Below are positions 8,860 to 17,736 of a DNA stretch of 64,000 nucleotides, one piece after another (position 1 is the stretch's first letter; every line of letters starts with the position of its first letter). Origin of the DNA: Acidimicrobiales bacterium (GTDB lineage: Bacteria; Actinomycetota; Acidimicrobiia; Acidimicrobiales; Aldehydirespiratoraceae); contig OZ242297.1 in NCBI GenBank assembly GCA_965207755.1, forward strand, positions 2,789,816-2,853,815. The letters are read 5' to 3'. The position numbers and the translations under genes are program-made. The notes beneath the pieces were generated by a model. It was given only the letters and a program-made list of their open reading frames with translations. It ran no database searches and was not told where the DNA came from.

Positions 8860-8891
8860 CTCCGGCGGACGGCACCGGCCCGCGCCCCGGC

Positions 8892-8997
8892 GTCGTGTTC
8901 CCCGCTCCTGTTCGCTTCGCTCGCGGGCCGCTCGGGCCACGGCCTCGCCGGGCGCCCCGCCGCACTCCTCCCCACTGGCCCCTACCCGCTCGGCCTC
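8892..8997. repeat. intergenic repeat, copy X; related to 30315-30419
   Basis: The 45-nt core at 8904-8948 matches 30327-30371 with 5 mismatches (hand alignment). A second shared block reads ggccc.a.ccgctcgg.c. Confidence 0.6.
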
Positions 8998-10397
8998 TGG
9001 TCCAGCGCCTGTCGCAGCGCCCGCCCGTGGGTGGCGACCACCTCCACCGGGCGGGGAAGCTCCTGCGTGGTCATCCCGTCGAGGAAGCGGCCCCGGCTGA
9101 GGCACACGTCGGGCAGCAGGTAGCGGTGGCCCTCGGGCTCGCCGGCCAGGGCCCGGGCCGCGTCCTCGCCCACCATCAGCCCGGTCACGCCGATGTTGCC
9201 GCCGAAGAAGCGGTTCTCGACCGGTACCACGCGCGCGTCGCTGCGGCCCAGCGACTCCACCAGCGGCGACACCACCGCCGCGCCCAGGGTGCCGGTGAGC
9301 ACCGCCACGGGCGCGGTCCGGCCGGCGCGGCGCGGACCGAGCGACACCTGCACGGGCGAGCCGCCGGGACCGGCCACCACCTCGGCGGGCGAGCCCCGGC
9401 GGGGGGCGCGGTAGCCGTCGGCCGGCGCGCCGTCCACCCAGGCGAAGAAGCCCGGACGCGGCGGGGTGGGCGCGTGGCCCACCTCCGAGAACTCGATCTC
9501 GAAGGCTCGGGCCATGCCGATGCCGTCCTCGTGCATGTCGAAGCCCTCGTAGTGCTCCGCGGCCGGGAAGCTGCGCCCGCACATGAGGTAGTACTCGTCG
9601 GCCACGAACGCCAGGCGGCGACCGAGCAGCCGCAGGAACACGGCCTGCCAGCCCTCTACGAGGTCGACGACGGCGGCCGCCTCGGCCCGGGTGTGGCGCC
9701 GCATCCTGGGCTGGCGGTTGAACCTCGACAGCCCTAGGGGCACCACGCACAGCGTTCGCAGCTCCGGGAAGCGGTCGAGCACGCCCGCGAGGGTGTCGGC
9801 CAGCACGTCGCCGTCGTTGACCCCGGGGCACACCACCACCTGGCCGTGAACCTCGATGCCGGCGTCGAGCAGGAGCCGCAGCCAGCGCAGCGACACCGCG
9901 CCGCGGCGGTTCTGGAGGATCGCGGCCCGCACGTCGGGGTCGGTGGAGTGGATCGACACGTACAGCGGCGACAGCCGCTCGGTCACCACCCGCTCGTAGT
10001 CGAGCTCGGTGAACCGGGTGAGGGTGGTGAAGTTCCCGTAGAGGAACGACAGCCGGTAGTCGTCGTCCTTGAGGTACAGCGAGCGGCGCATGCCCCGCGG
10101 CAGCTGGTGCACGAAGCAGAACTCGCAGTGGTTGTCGCAGGTCTGCACCCCGTCGAACACGGCCGAGTCGACCTCCGCTCCGAGAGGCTCGCCCTCCTGC
10201 TTGGCCACCACGACGGTGAATCTCCCGCCGCCGCGCCGCACTTCGAGGGGGACCTCGGCCCCGTCGCTCAGAAGCTGCCAGCGGATCACGTCGCGGGGCG
10301 CCTCCCCGGCGATGGCCGCGACCTCGTCTCCGGGCCTCAGCCCCGCCCGCTCGGCCGGAGATCCCGACGCGACAGCCACGATCTGCGGTCCGGCCAC
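8982..10397 (-). CDS. DUF512-family radical-SAM-related protein with an N-terminal PDZ domain
   Basis: A PDZ-like N-terminus (VASGSPAERAGLRPGDEV) is followed by CDNHCEFCF and then YLKDDDYRLSFLYGNFTTLT. The start is GTG at 10397. Confidence 0.85.
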   Translation of the reverse strand: MAGPQIVAVASGSPAERAGLRPGDEVAAIAGEAPRDVIRWQLLSDGAEVPLEVRRGGGRFTVVVAKQEGEPLGAEVDSAVFDGVQTCDNHCEFCFVHQLPRGMRRSLYLKDDDYRLSFLYGNFTTLTRFTELDYERVVTERLSPLYVSIHSTDPDVRAAILQNRRGAVSLRWLRLLLDAGIEVHGQVVVCPGVNDGDVLADTLAGVLDRFPELRTLCVVPLGLSRFNRQPRMRRHTRAEAAAVVDLVEGWQAVFLRLLGRRLAFVADEYYLMCGRSFPAAEHYEGFDMHEDGIGMARAFEIEFSEVGHAPTPPRPGFFAWVDGAPADGYRAPRRGSPAEVVAGPGGSPVQVSLGPRRAGRTAPVAVLTGTLGAAVVSPLVESLGRSDARVVPVENRFFGGNIGVTGLMVGEDAARALAGEPEGHRYLLPDVCLSRGRFLDGMTTQELPRPVEVVATHGRALRQALDQRPSG

Positions 10398-10560
10398 CGT
10401 CCAAGGCTACCGGCCGGGCCCGGCCCAGCAGTGCCGTCACCACATTTCGCAGCACCTCAGTTGCAACATCGTTCCATGTCGTGTATTTTACTGCTATGTG
10501 CATGATTGAAGGTCTACTGCGGGACTACGACACGGAAGTCGGGAGAGACTGGGGCGGGCC

Positions 10561-11847
10561 GTGGCCGCGGTGACGGTCAGCCGGTCCGAGCGGGGGCTGA
10601 TCGCGGTCAAGCAGGTCCCGGTGGAACGGGCCGCAGAGATCCAGCGGGAGGCGGATCTTCTGAAGCGACTGGACCATCCGGGCCTGGTGCGGTTCGTCGA
10701 CCTCGTCGACACCGCGGACGGCGGCCGGGCGCTCCACACCGAGTTCGTCAACTCCGACACCTGGGCCTCCCGGCCGCTGACCGACCCGGCCGAACGGGCC
10801 GCGGGTATGGCCGCCCTGGCCGCGGTGGTGGCCGACCTCCACCAGCTGGGCGTCGCCCACCTCCAGCTCACCCCGCCCCACATCCTGCACGGCGAGAACG
10901 ATCTCCCCGTGCTGTGCGGTCTGGCCTCGGCGGCCGACGCCACCCCCGAGAACCGCGACGCCGACCTGGCCGCGCTGGCCGACCTCTGCCACGACCCGGC
11001 GCTGGGCAGGGGAGCACTCGCCGGGAAGCTGTTCTCACTGGCCGACGCGGCTCGGACTGGAACGCTCAGCGCCCGCGAACTGTCCCGGCGGCTCGACACG
11101 CTCGCGACCAGGCGACCGGCCCGAGCCGCGCCGGTCCGGGTCGCGGGCGGTGGCGTCCTCGATGGCGTCAGGCGGCTCTGCCGGCCCAAGCTGCTCCTCA
11201 GGGCCGCCGCGGCAGCGGCCGCAGTCTGCGCGGCCTTCGTGATCGGGGCCCGTGGCGGAGACCCGGAGCCACCCCTGCCGGACCCGGCACCGGCACAGGA
11301 CGAGGCCCCTGGCGAGGTCGCCGGCGCGAGTCGACAACGGACCGAGGGGCACGACCCGGTCGACGGAACGAGCCGTCCCGCCGAGTCCGGGCCGGACCGG
11401 GGGCGGAACCCGGTCACCGATCCTGGCCCGGTCGCCGAGCCGGGCCCGGTCGCCCTGCCAGACCCGATCACCGAGCCGGTTCCCGGCCCGGCAGGCCTGC
11501 CAGGCCCGACCGCCGGACCGGGTCGGACCGCCGTGTCGGTGCGGGAGGCGGCCGCCGTCGTCGAGCACGGCGGGCGCCGCTACGCCATAGGCGCCACCGG
11601 CGACTTCGTGGAGGTCGGCGACTGGGACTGCGACGGGCAGGCCACCGCGGCGATCGTTCGTCCCAGCACCGGCGGGGTCGTGCTGTTCGACGCCTGGCCG
11701 GACCCGGGCGAGACCATCTCGCTGCCGGAGCGCTGGAGCGTGGACTCCCCTACCGGCGCCGACGCGGTCGCCCACGGCCGGTGCGATCTGCTGAGGGTCT
11801 ACACCACAGCAGGCTCCAAGCTCCTCAACCCCGGCGAGTCGTCATGA
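10561..11847 (+). CDS. protein-kinase-like protein, probably a pseudokinase, with a TM segment and an uncharacterised C-terminal domain
   Basis: The VAIK-like IAVKQV and the alpha-C Glu (EADLLKRLDHPGLV) are present. HRD is replaced by AHLQLTPPH and DFG by LCG. A hydrophobic stretch (AAAAAAVCAAFVI) follows. Confidence 0.6.
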   Translation: MAAVTVSRSERGLIAVKQVPVERAAEIQREADLLKRLDHPGLVRFVDLVDTADGGRALHTEFVNSDTWASRPLTDPAERAAGMAALAAVVADLHQLGVAHLQLTPPHILHGENDLPVLCGLASAADATPENRDADLAALADLCHDPALGRGALAGKLFSLADAARTGTLSARELSRRLDTLATRRPARAAPVRVAGGGVLDGVRRLCRPKLLLRAAAAAAAVCAAFVIGARGGDPEPPLPDPAPAQDEAPGEVAGASRQRTEGHDPVDGTSRPAESGPDRGRNPVTDPGPVAEPGPVALPDPITEPVPGPAGLPGPTAGPGRTAVSVREAAAVVEHGGRRYAIGATGDFVEVGDWDCDGQATAAIVRPSTGGVVLFDAWPDPGETISLPERWSVDSPTGADAVAHGRCDLLRVYTTAGSKLLNPGESS

Positions 11848-12119
11848 CCGACTCCACCGGCGCAGCACGCGCGGCAGGACGCCCGGCCTCGGGCCCCAGG
11901 ATCATCCCGGCAGGCCTGCGCCGGCTGGTGGCCGGCGCCTGGCTGGCGGCCCTGCTGGCAGCGACCGCCGCCGCCGGCACAGCATCGGCCTCGTCCGGCG
12001 CCGCCCCCTACGCGATCACTGAGATCGGCCCCGCGCCGGCGACCGGGTTCAAGATCAGCGACATCGGCGCCGTCCCGACCCCGACAGCCACTCCCCCGAC
12101 GCAGACGACGCACCGCTGA
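11844..12119 (+). CDS. small secreted protein (91 aa) translationally coupled to the kinase-like gene
   Basis: ATG 11844 overlaps the upstream stop 11845-11847 (ATGA). The signal-like N-terminus is RRLVAGAWLAALLAATAAAGTASA, and the tail is Pro/Thr-rich. Confidence 0.4.
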   Translation: MTDSTGAARAAGRPASGPRIIPAGLRRLVAGAWLAALLAATAAAGTASASSGAAPYAITEIGPAPATGFKISDIGAVPTPTATPPTQTTHR

Positions 12120-12120
12120 G

Positions 12121-12305
12121 CACAGACGACGCGGACGACGCAGACGACGCACCGGCGAACACAGACGAACGCGGACGACGCAGACGACGCACCGGCGAAC
12201 ACAGACGACCCAGACGACGCAGACGACGCACCGGCGAACACAGACGACGCGGACGACCCAGACGACGCACCGGCGAACACAGACGAACGCGGACGACGCA
12301 CCGGG
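12121..12305. repeat. tandem repeat, about 4.7 copies of 39-40 bp, between convergent genes
   Basis: Units beginning cacagacga start at 12121, 12160, 12200, 12239 and 12278. The last codons of the upstream CDS (gacgcagacgacgcaccg) already resemble the unit. Confidence 0.9.
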
Positions 12306-12319
12306 CGAGGTCGGCGGCA

Positions 12320-13039
12320 TCAACCCCCGCTGACAGTCCCCGCCCCGGGCAGGTGGCCGCTGCGGCGGGCGGCCAGCACGGCCGCCGCAGCGATGGCCGC
12401 CGTCTCGGCTCGCATGATGTGCGGGCCGAGAACCACATGGCGCGGCACCGCGGCCGTCTCCGCCTCCGTCCATCCGCCCTCGGGACCGACCAGCACGAAG
12501 TTCTCATCCGCCCTCAGTCGCCTACCGGCTGACAGCGCCAGCACAGCCCCGCCCAGGTCGAGCGCACCGAAGTCACGCACCGGCTCGACCTCCGGCAGCC
12601 ACAGACGGCGGCACTGCATCACCGCCTCGCGAGCCACCCGCCGCCACCGCTGCAGGCGCCGGGCCGACTTGACCCCGTCCCAGCGCACCACCGACCGAGC
12701 GGCCACGAACGGCACGATCCGGTCCACCCCCAACTCGGTGAGCTTCTGCACGACCGTCTCGGAGCGCCCGCCCTTCAGCACCGCGAAGCCGACAGCAAGC
12801 ACCGGCCTCGGGGCAGCCACCGCCACAACCCCGCCGACCGGCTCGACCCCGCCGGAGAAGCGGCACGGCCGCCACCGGCCGGCTCCGTCGCCGACGGTCA
12901 GAGGGTCGCCGGGGCGCAGGCGCAGGACCCGCTCGAGGTGATGGCGGTCGTCGCCGGCCAGCACCGGCGCATCCACGTCGGAGACCAGCACATGCGGGCC
13001 CGACCGGGCGTCGCCAGCGGCCGGCTCCGGGCCGCTCAC
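12320..13039 (-). CDS. rsmE: 16S rRNA (uracil1498-N3)-methyltransferase RsmE
   Basis: Diagnostic segments are HHLERVLRLRPGD, LKGGRSETVVQKLTELGV, LVGPEGGW and MRAETAAIAA. The start is uncertain: GTG 13039 is preferred, and the ORF is open up to GTG 13129. Confidence 0.85.
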   Translation of the reverse strand: MSGPEPAAGDARSGPHVLVSDVDAPVLAGDDRHHLERVLRLRPGDPLTVGDGAGRWRPCRFSGGVEPVGGVVAVAAPRPVLAVGFAVLKGGRSETVVQKLTELGVDRIVPFVAARSVVRWDGVKSARRLQRWRRVAREAVMQCRRLWLPEVEPVRDFGALDLGGAVLALSAGRRLRADENFVLVGPEGGWTEAETAAVPRHVVLGPHIMRAETAAIAAAAVLAARRSGHLPGAGTVSGG

Positions 13040-13142
13040 CCGGCCGCCGCCACCGGCGCCACCACACCCGCCCCCGAGTCGTCGGGTGCCTCTTGTGGAG
13101 TCACTCCACGAGTCCGGCCCGAGCTCCACGCAGGCGTGCGGC

Positions 13143-14258
13143 TCACCGGAACGCGGTGCGGATCCGGCCCAGCAGGCCCTCGCTCGGCGCGGCGACCTCC
13201 TCGCCCCGCAGCTCGGCCAGCCGGCGCACCAGATCCTCCTGCTCGCCGGTGAGATCGTCGGGCACGTCCACCACCAGCTGCACGAGCAGATCGCCGCGGC
13301 CCCGGCTGCGAACGTGGGGCACGCCGCGGCCCCTCAGCCGCACCACCGCGCCCGTCTCGGTCCCCTTGGGGACCACGATGCTCTCGGCGCCGTCGAGGGT
13401 CTCGTACTCCAGCCGGGCCCCCAGCGCCGCCTGGGTGAACGGCACGTGCAACTCGTGGACCAGGTCGCTGCCGTTGCGGTGGAACCGCGGATGGGGACGG
13501 ACCCTGGTGTGCACGTAGAGGTCGCCGTGGGCGCCGCCGCGGGGACCGGCCGCTCCCCTGCCGCTCAACCGCAGCGTCGTGCCGTCGTCCACCCCCACCG
13601 GCACCTGCACGCTGTAGGTGCGCTGCTCCAGCTTGCGGCCGTGCCCCTCGCAGTCGCCGCACACCTGCTCGATCATCTCGCCCAGACCCCCGCAGAGGTC
13701 GCAGGCCGCGGCGGTGACCATCTGGCCGAGCATCGACTGGCGCACCCTGCGGACCTGCCCCGAGCCGCCGCACTGGGAGCACCTCACCGGCGAGGTGCCC
13801 GCCTCGGCGCCGCTGCCGTCGCACGACTCGCAGCGCACCGCGGTGCGCACCGTCACCTCCCGCTCGGCCCCGAACACCACGTCGTGAAGATCGAGGTCGA
13901 CGTGGGCCTCCAGGTCCTCGCCGGGAGGCGGGCCCTGAGGGCGCGCCGAGCCGAAGCCCCCGAAGGGCGAGTCGCCGGCGAAGAACGCGTCGAAGATGCT
14001 GCCCAGGCCGCCGCTGAACGGGTCGGCCATGCCGGCCGCCCTGACGTCGTCGGTGCCGAAGCGGTCATACAGCGAGCGCCGCTCCGGATCCGACAGCACC
14101 TCGTAGGCCGCCCTCACCTCCTTGAAGCGGCTCTCTGCGGTCGGATCGTCGGGATTGGCGTCGGGATGGTACTGGCGGGCCATCTTGCGGTAGGCCCGCT
14201 TGAGCTCCTCGTCGGTGGCGCCGCGCTCCACCCCCAGCGTCTCGTAGTGGTCGGCCAT
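13143..14258 (-). CDS. dnaJ: chaperone DnaJ
   Basis: The J-domain reads YETLGVERGATDEELKRAYRKMARQYHPD. CxxCxGxG zinc-finger repeats are present (CESCDGSG, CSQCGGSG, CDLCGGLG, CGDCEGHG). Confidence 0.95.
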   Translation of the reverse strand: MADHYETLGVERGATDEELKRAYRKMARQYHPDANPDDPTAESRFKEVRAAYEVLSDPERRSLYDRFGTDDVRAAGMADPFSGGLGSIFDAFFAGDSPFGGFGSARPQGPPPGEDLEAHVDLDLHDVVFGAEREVTVRTAVRCESCDGSGAEAGTSPVRCSQCGGSGQVRRVRQSMLGQMVTAAACDLCGGLGEMIEQVCGDCEGHGRKLEQRTYSVQVPVGVDDGTTLRLSGRGAAGPRGGAHGDLYVHTRVRPHPRFHRNGSDLVHELHVPFTQAALGARLEYETLDGAESIVVPKGTETGAVVRLRGRGVPHVRSRGRGDLLVQLVVDVPDDLTGEQEDLVRRLAELRGEEVAAPSEGLLGRIRTAFR

Positions 14259-14376
14259 CTACAGCAGCTAGGTCTTCTGGGACGCGAGCCGGACACGTTC
14301 AACGTGCTCGTGGCACTCGCGGAGTTCGACCCCATGCTCGCTCAGAGCCGGCCGCGGCTCCCAGCGACCGGCCATC

Positions 14377-15369
14377 TCAGACCTCGTTCAGGGCCGGGCC
14401 GAGGCGCCGGCTCACCGCCGCCACTGCCGACAGCGCCTGCGGGTAGTCCATCCGGGTGGGTCCGATGACGCCGATCGTCCCGCCGCCGGCGCCCCCGGTG
14501 CTGTAAGGGGCCAGCACGAGCGAGCACTCGGCCAGCGAGGGCACGCCGGTCTCCTCGCCGATGGCCACCCTGCGGCCCCCGTCGATCACCCTGCGCATCA
14601 GCGTCACCACTGCCAGCTGCTGCTCCAGCAGGCCCAGCACCTCGCGGAGATGCTCCACCGCGTCGAAGGCGGCCGCCAGCTTGGACGTGCCGCCCACGAA
14701 CACCTCGTGGTGGGCGCGGGCCTCCCGCAGCGCGGCGATGGCCGCGGCCAGCAGCCTGTCGTCGGGCTGATCGCAGTCGTCGATGTCGGCCAGGGTCCGG
14801 CCCACCACCCGGCGGGCCAGCCGCCCCGACGCGTCGGCCACCACCTCCGGCGAGGTGTCGGAGGGCACGTCGAGGGTGCGCTTCTCGATCACGCCGTTGG
14901 ACATGACCGCCACCACCATGACCGTGCCGGCCGACAGTTCCACCAACTGGGCCGAGCGCACGGTGGCCGCCGCGGGGCTGGGCGCGACCACCACCGCGGT
15001 CCAGTCGGTGAGATCCGACAGCAGCCCGGTGGTGTCGCTGAGGATCGACTCGAACCCGCCGTGGGAGACCGAGAAGAAGTCGTTGACCTGGAGGCGGTCG
15101 GCGGGATCGAGGGTGGGCGAAGGCGAGCGCCGGCGCCACTGGTCGACGAAGAAGCGGTAGCCCTTGGCGGTGGGCACCCGTCCGGCGCTGGTGTGGGGCT
15201 GGACCAGGTACTGCTGGTCGGACAGCGCGGCCATATCGCTCCGCACCGTGGCCGGCGAAGCGTCGATGCCCTGCGAGCGCGCCACGCGGCCCGAACCGAC
15301 CGGCAGGGCGGTGCGTATGTACTCCTGAACGACGGTGTAGAGGATGGCGGCCTTGCGGTCGTCGAGCAT
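14377..15369 (-). CDS. hrcA: heat-inducible transcription repressor HrcA
   Basis: The N-terminus reads MLDDRKAAILYTVVQEYIRTALPVGS...ASPATVRSDMAAL...HTSAGRVPTAKGYRFFVD. Confidence 0.93.
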   Translation of the reverse strand: MLDDRKAAILYTVVQEYIRTALPVGSGRVARSQGIDASPATVRSDMAALSDQQYLVQPHTSAGRVPTAKGYRFFVDQWRRRSPSPTLDPADRLQVNDFFSVSHGGFESILSDTTGLLSDLTDWTAVVVAPSPAAATVRSAQLVELSAGTVMVVAVMSNGVIEKRTLDVPSDTSPEVVADASGRLARRVVGRTLADIDDCDQPDDRLLAAAIAALREARAHHEVFVGGTSKLAAAFDAVEHLREVLGLLEQQLAVVTLMRRVIDGGRRVAIGEETGVPSLAECSLVLAPYSTGGAGGGTIGVIGPTRMDYPQALSAVAAVSRRLGPALNEV

Positions 15370-15380
15370 GGGTGAAGATG

Positions 15381-15467
15381 CTACCCGTCCAGCGCGAGGG
15401 CCGAGATGCCCGGCAGCCCCATGCGCGAGGGCCGAGATGCTACCCGTCCAGCGTGAGGGCCGAGATG
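15381..15467. repeat. duplication of the lepA 3' end in the lepA-hrcA spacer
   Basis: The sequence ctacccgtccagcg[c/t]gagggccgagatg occurs at 15381-15408 and again at 15440-15467, which is the true lepA end including the TAG stop. A partial copy gcgcgagggccgagatg lies at 15423-15439. Confidence 0.85.
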
Positions 15468-17224
15468 AAGGCCTCCTGGGGGATGTCGACCCGACCGATG
15501 CTCTTCATGCGCTTCTTGCCCGCCTTCTGCTTCTCGAGCAGCTTGCGCTTGCGGGTGACGTCGCCGCCGTAGAGCTTGGCGGTGACGTCCTTGCGGTAGG
15601 CCTTGACCGTCTCACGGGCGATGATCCGCCCGCCGATGGCGGCCTGGATGGGCACCTCGAACTGCTGGCGCGGTATCAACTCCCGCAGGCGCCCGACCAT
15701 GGCCCGGCCGTAGGCGTAGGCCTTGTCGCGGTGTACGACGGCGGAGAAGGCGTCCACCGCCACCCCCTGCAGCAGCACGTCGACCTTCACGAGGTCGGCC
15801 GCCGCGTAGCCGTCGGTCTCGTAGTCGAGGCTGGCGTAGCCCTGGGTGCGGCTCTTGAGCTGGTCGAAGAAGTCGATCACCACCTCGGCCAGCGGCAGCC
15901 GGTAGCGCAGCTCGACCCGCTCCGGCGACAGGTACTCCATGCGCACCAGCTCGCCCCGGCGCGACTGGCACAGCTCCATCAGCGTGCCGGTGTAGCCGGC
16001 GGGCGTGATCAGCGCGGCGGCCAGCATGGGCTCGGCGACATCGGAGATCTGGCCGGCCTCCGGCATCTCCGAGGGGTTGGACACCGCCACGACTTCGCCG
16101 CTGGTCATGGTCACCCGGTACTCCACCGACGGGGCGGTCGAGATCAGCGACAGGTCGAACTCGCGCTCGAGGCGCTCCCGGACGATCTCCATGTGCAGCA
16201 GGCCCAGGAAGCCGCAGCGGAAGCCGAAGCCGAGCGCGCCGGAGGTCTCGGGCTCGTAGTTGAACCCGGCGTCGTTGAGGCGCAGCTTGGACAGGGCGGC
16301 CCGCAGGCTGGTGAAGTCGTCGCCGTCGGTCGGGTACAGGCCGGAGAACACCATCGGCTTCGGCTCCGAGTAGCCCTCCAGCGGCTCGGAAGCCGGCCGG
16401 GCCTCGTCGGTGACGGTCTCGCCCGAGCGGGCCTCGCCGACGTCCTTGATCCCGGCGATCAGGTATCCGGTCTCGCCGGGGCCGAGGCGGCCGACGACCT
16501 CGTCGGCCGGGGTGCGCACGCCGACCTCGTCGGCACCGTGTACCGTCCCGGCCTGCATGAACCGCACCCGGGAATCGGCCGCCAGCACGCCGTTCACCAC
16601 CCGCACCGACGACACCACCCCCCGGTACTGGTCGAAGTGGGAGTCGAATATCAGCGCCTGGAGGGGCGCGTCGGCCGACCCCTGCGGGGGCGGGGTGCGC
16701 TCCAGCACCGCGTCGAGCAGGTCGGCCACGCCGTCGCCGGTCTTGGCCGAGATCCGGAGGATGTCGGCGGCGTCGATGCCGAGCACCCGCTCCATCTCCT
16801 CCGCGCAGCGGTCCGGGTCGGCCGCGGGCAGGTCGATCTTGTTGACGGCGGCCACCACGTCGAGGTCGCTCTCGATGGCCTGGTAGCAGTTGGCCAGGGT
16901 CTGGGCCTCGATCCCCTGGGCCGCGTCCACCACCAGGATCACCGACTCGCAGGCGGCCAGCGACCGGCTGACCTCGTAGCTGAAGTCCACGTGGCCGGGC
17001 GTGTCGATCAGGTTGACGACGTGGTCGCGCCAGTTCAGGCGGACCGACTGGAGCTTGATGGTGATGCCCCGCTCGCGCTCGAGGTCCATCGAGTCGAGGT
17101 ACTGCTCGCGCATCTCGCGGGCCTCCACCGCGCCGGTCAGCTCCAGCATCCGGTCGGCTAGCGTGGACTTGCCGTGGTCGATGTGGGCGATGATCGACGT
17201 GTTGCGGATGCGGTGCAGGTCCAT
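15440..17224 (-). CDS. lepA: elongation factor 4 (LepA)
   Basis: The N-terminus reads [20 protein letters not shown], with DTPGHVDF further on. Full-length similarity continues to the LepA C-terminus. Confidence 0.97.
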   Translation of the reverse strand: MDLHRIRNTSIIAHIDHGKSTLADRMLELTGAVEAREMREQYLDSMDLERERGITIKLQSVRLNWRDHVVNLIDTPGHVDFSYEVSRSLAACESVILVVDAAQGIEAQTLANCYQAIESDLDVVAAVNKIDLPAADPDRCAEEMERVLGIDAADILRISAKTGDGVADLLDAVLERTPPPQGSADAPLQALIFDSHFDQYRGVVSSVRVVNGVLAADSRVRFMQAGTVHGADEVGVRTPADEVVGRLGPGETGYLIAGIKDVGEARSGETVTDEARPASEPLEGYSEPKPMVFSGLYPTDGDDFTSLRAALSKLRLNDAGFNYEPETSGALGFGFRCGFLGLLHMEIVRERLEREFDLSLISTAPSVEYRVTMTSGEVVAVSNPSEMPEAGQISDVAEPMLAAALITPAGYTGTLMELCQSRRGELVRMEYLSPERVELRYRLPLAEVVIDFFDQLKSRTQGYASLDYETDGYAAADLVKVDVLLQGVAVDAFSAVVHRDKAYAYGRAMVGRLRELIPRQQFEVPIQAAIGGRIIARETVKAYRKDVTAKLYGGDVTRKRKLLEKQKAGKKRMKSIGRVDIPQEAFISALTLDG

Positions 17225-17388
17225 GGGGCTCTTGCTGGGGCTCTCGGCCGGCGCCCGCAGGCGGGACGCGGCGGCAGGAAACGGTGGGGCGACGGCCCCG
17301 CAACGCTAGCCTCGACCGCCGGCCCTACGGCCCGAGACGACCGGCAGCCCCAAGGCGGCCGGAGGCCCGAGACGACCGGCAGGTGATT

Positions 17389-17661
17389 GTGGCCAACATC
17401 AAGTCCCAGATAAAGCGCAACCGGCAGAACGAGAAGCGCCGCCTGCGCAATCGCACGGTCCGTTCCGAGGTGAACACCCGGACCAAGGCGGCTCTGGCCG
17501 CGGTCGAGCACGACGACGAGGGCGCGGATGAGACGCTGCGGCTCGCCGTCAAGCGGATCGACAAGGCCGCGGCCAAGGGCGTCATCCACAGGAACACCGC
17601 CGCCCGTCGCAAGAGCCGCCTGGTGCGGCAGATAGAGCGCCTCCGGTCCGAGGAGGGCTGA
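17389..17661 (+). CDS. rpsT: 30S ribosomal protein S20
   Basis: The protein begins (V)ANIKSQIKRNRQNEKRRLRNRTVRSEV. GTG 17389 is preceded by AGGTGA. The ORF-track start at 17284 is probably too far upstream. Confidence 0.9.
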   Translation: MANIKSQIKRNRQNEKRRLRNRTVRSEVNTRTKAALAAVEHDDEGADETLRLAVKRIDKAAAKGVIHRNTAARRKSRLVRQIERLRSEEG

Positions 17662-17736
17662 CCTCCCCGAGTCTGGCGACCCGACGGGCCGCCGGCGCCC
17701 GATCCGTCGCCAGCCCCGGCGCTCGACGGCCGCCGG

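Noticed and set aside
6165-9123. Long plus-strand ORFs (6165..7532 and 7327..9123) and many similar ones elsewhere (10506..12119, 15344..17161, 17737..20550 N-terminal part, 28547..30286, 30344..31711, 43765..45180, 46182..47807, 51768..53636, 53585..54688 and others)
   Set aside because: They lie antisense to, or out of frame with, genes that have clear family motifs. Their translations are Arg/Gly/Pro/His-rich low complexity, which is typical of high-G+C shadow ORFs.
7501-10503. A 1,000-aa ORF on the minus strand
   Set aside because: Only the last 452 codons (from MSGAVVNPVVAVVGRPNVGKS, ATG 8859) are Der. The N-terminal 550 aa are Arg/Gly/Pro-rich shadow translation lying over the DUF512 gene, which is in another frame.
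14259-15440. A CIRCE (TTAGCACTC-N9-GAGTGCTAA) operator near hrcA/dnaJ
   Set aside because: I scanned the dnaJ-hrcA and hrcA-lepA spacers by eye. Only a weak half-site-like tggcactc near 14310 was found, with no matching inverted partner.
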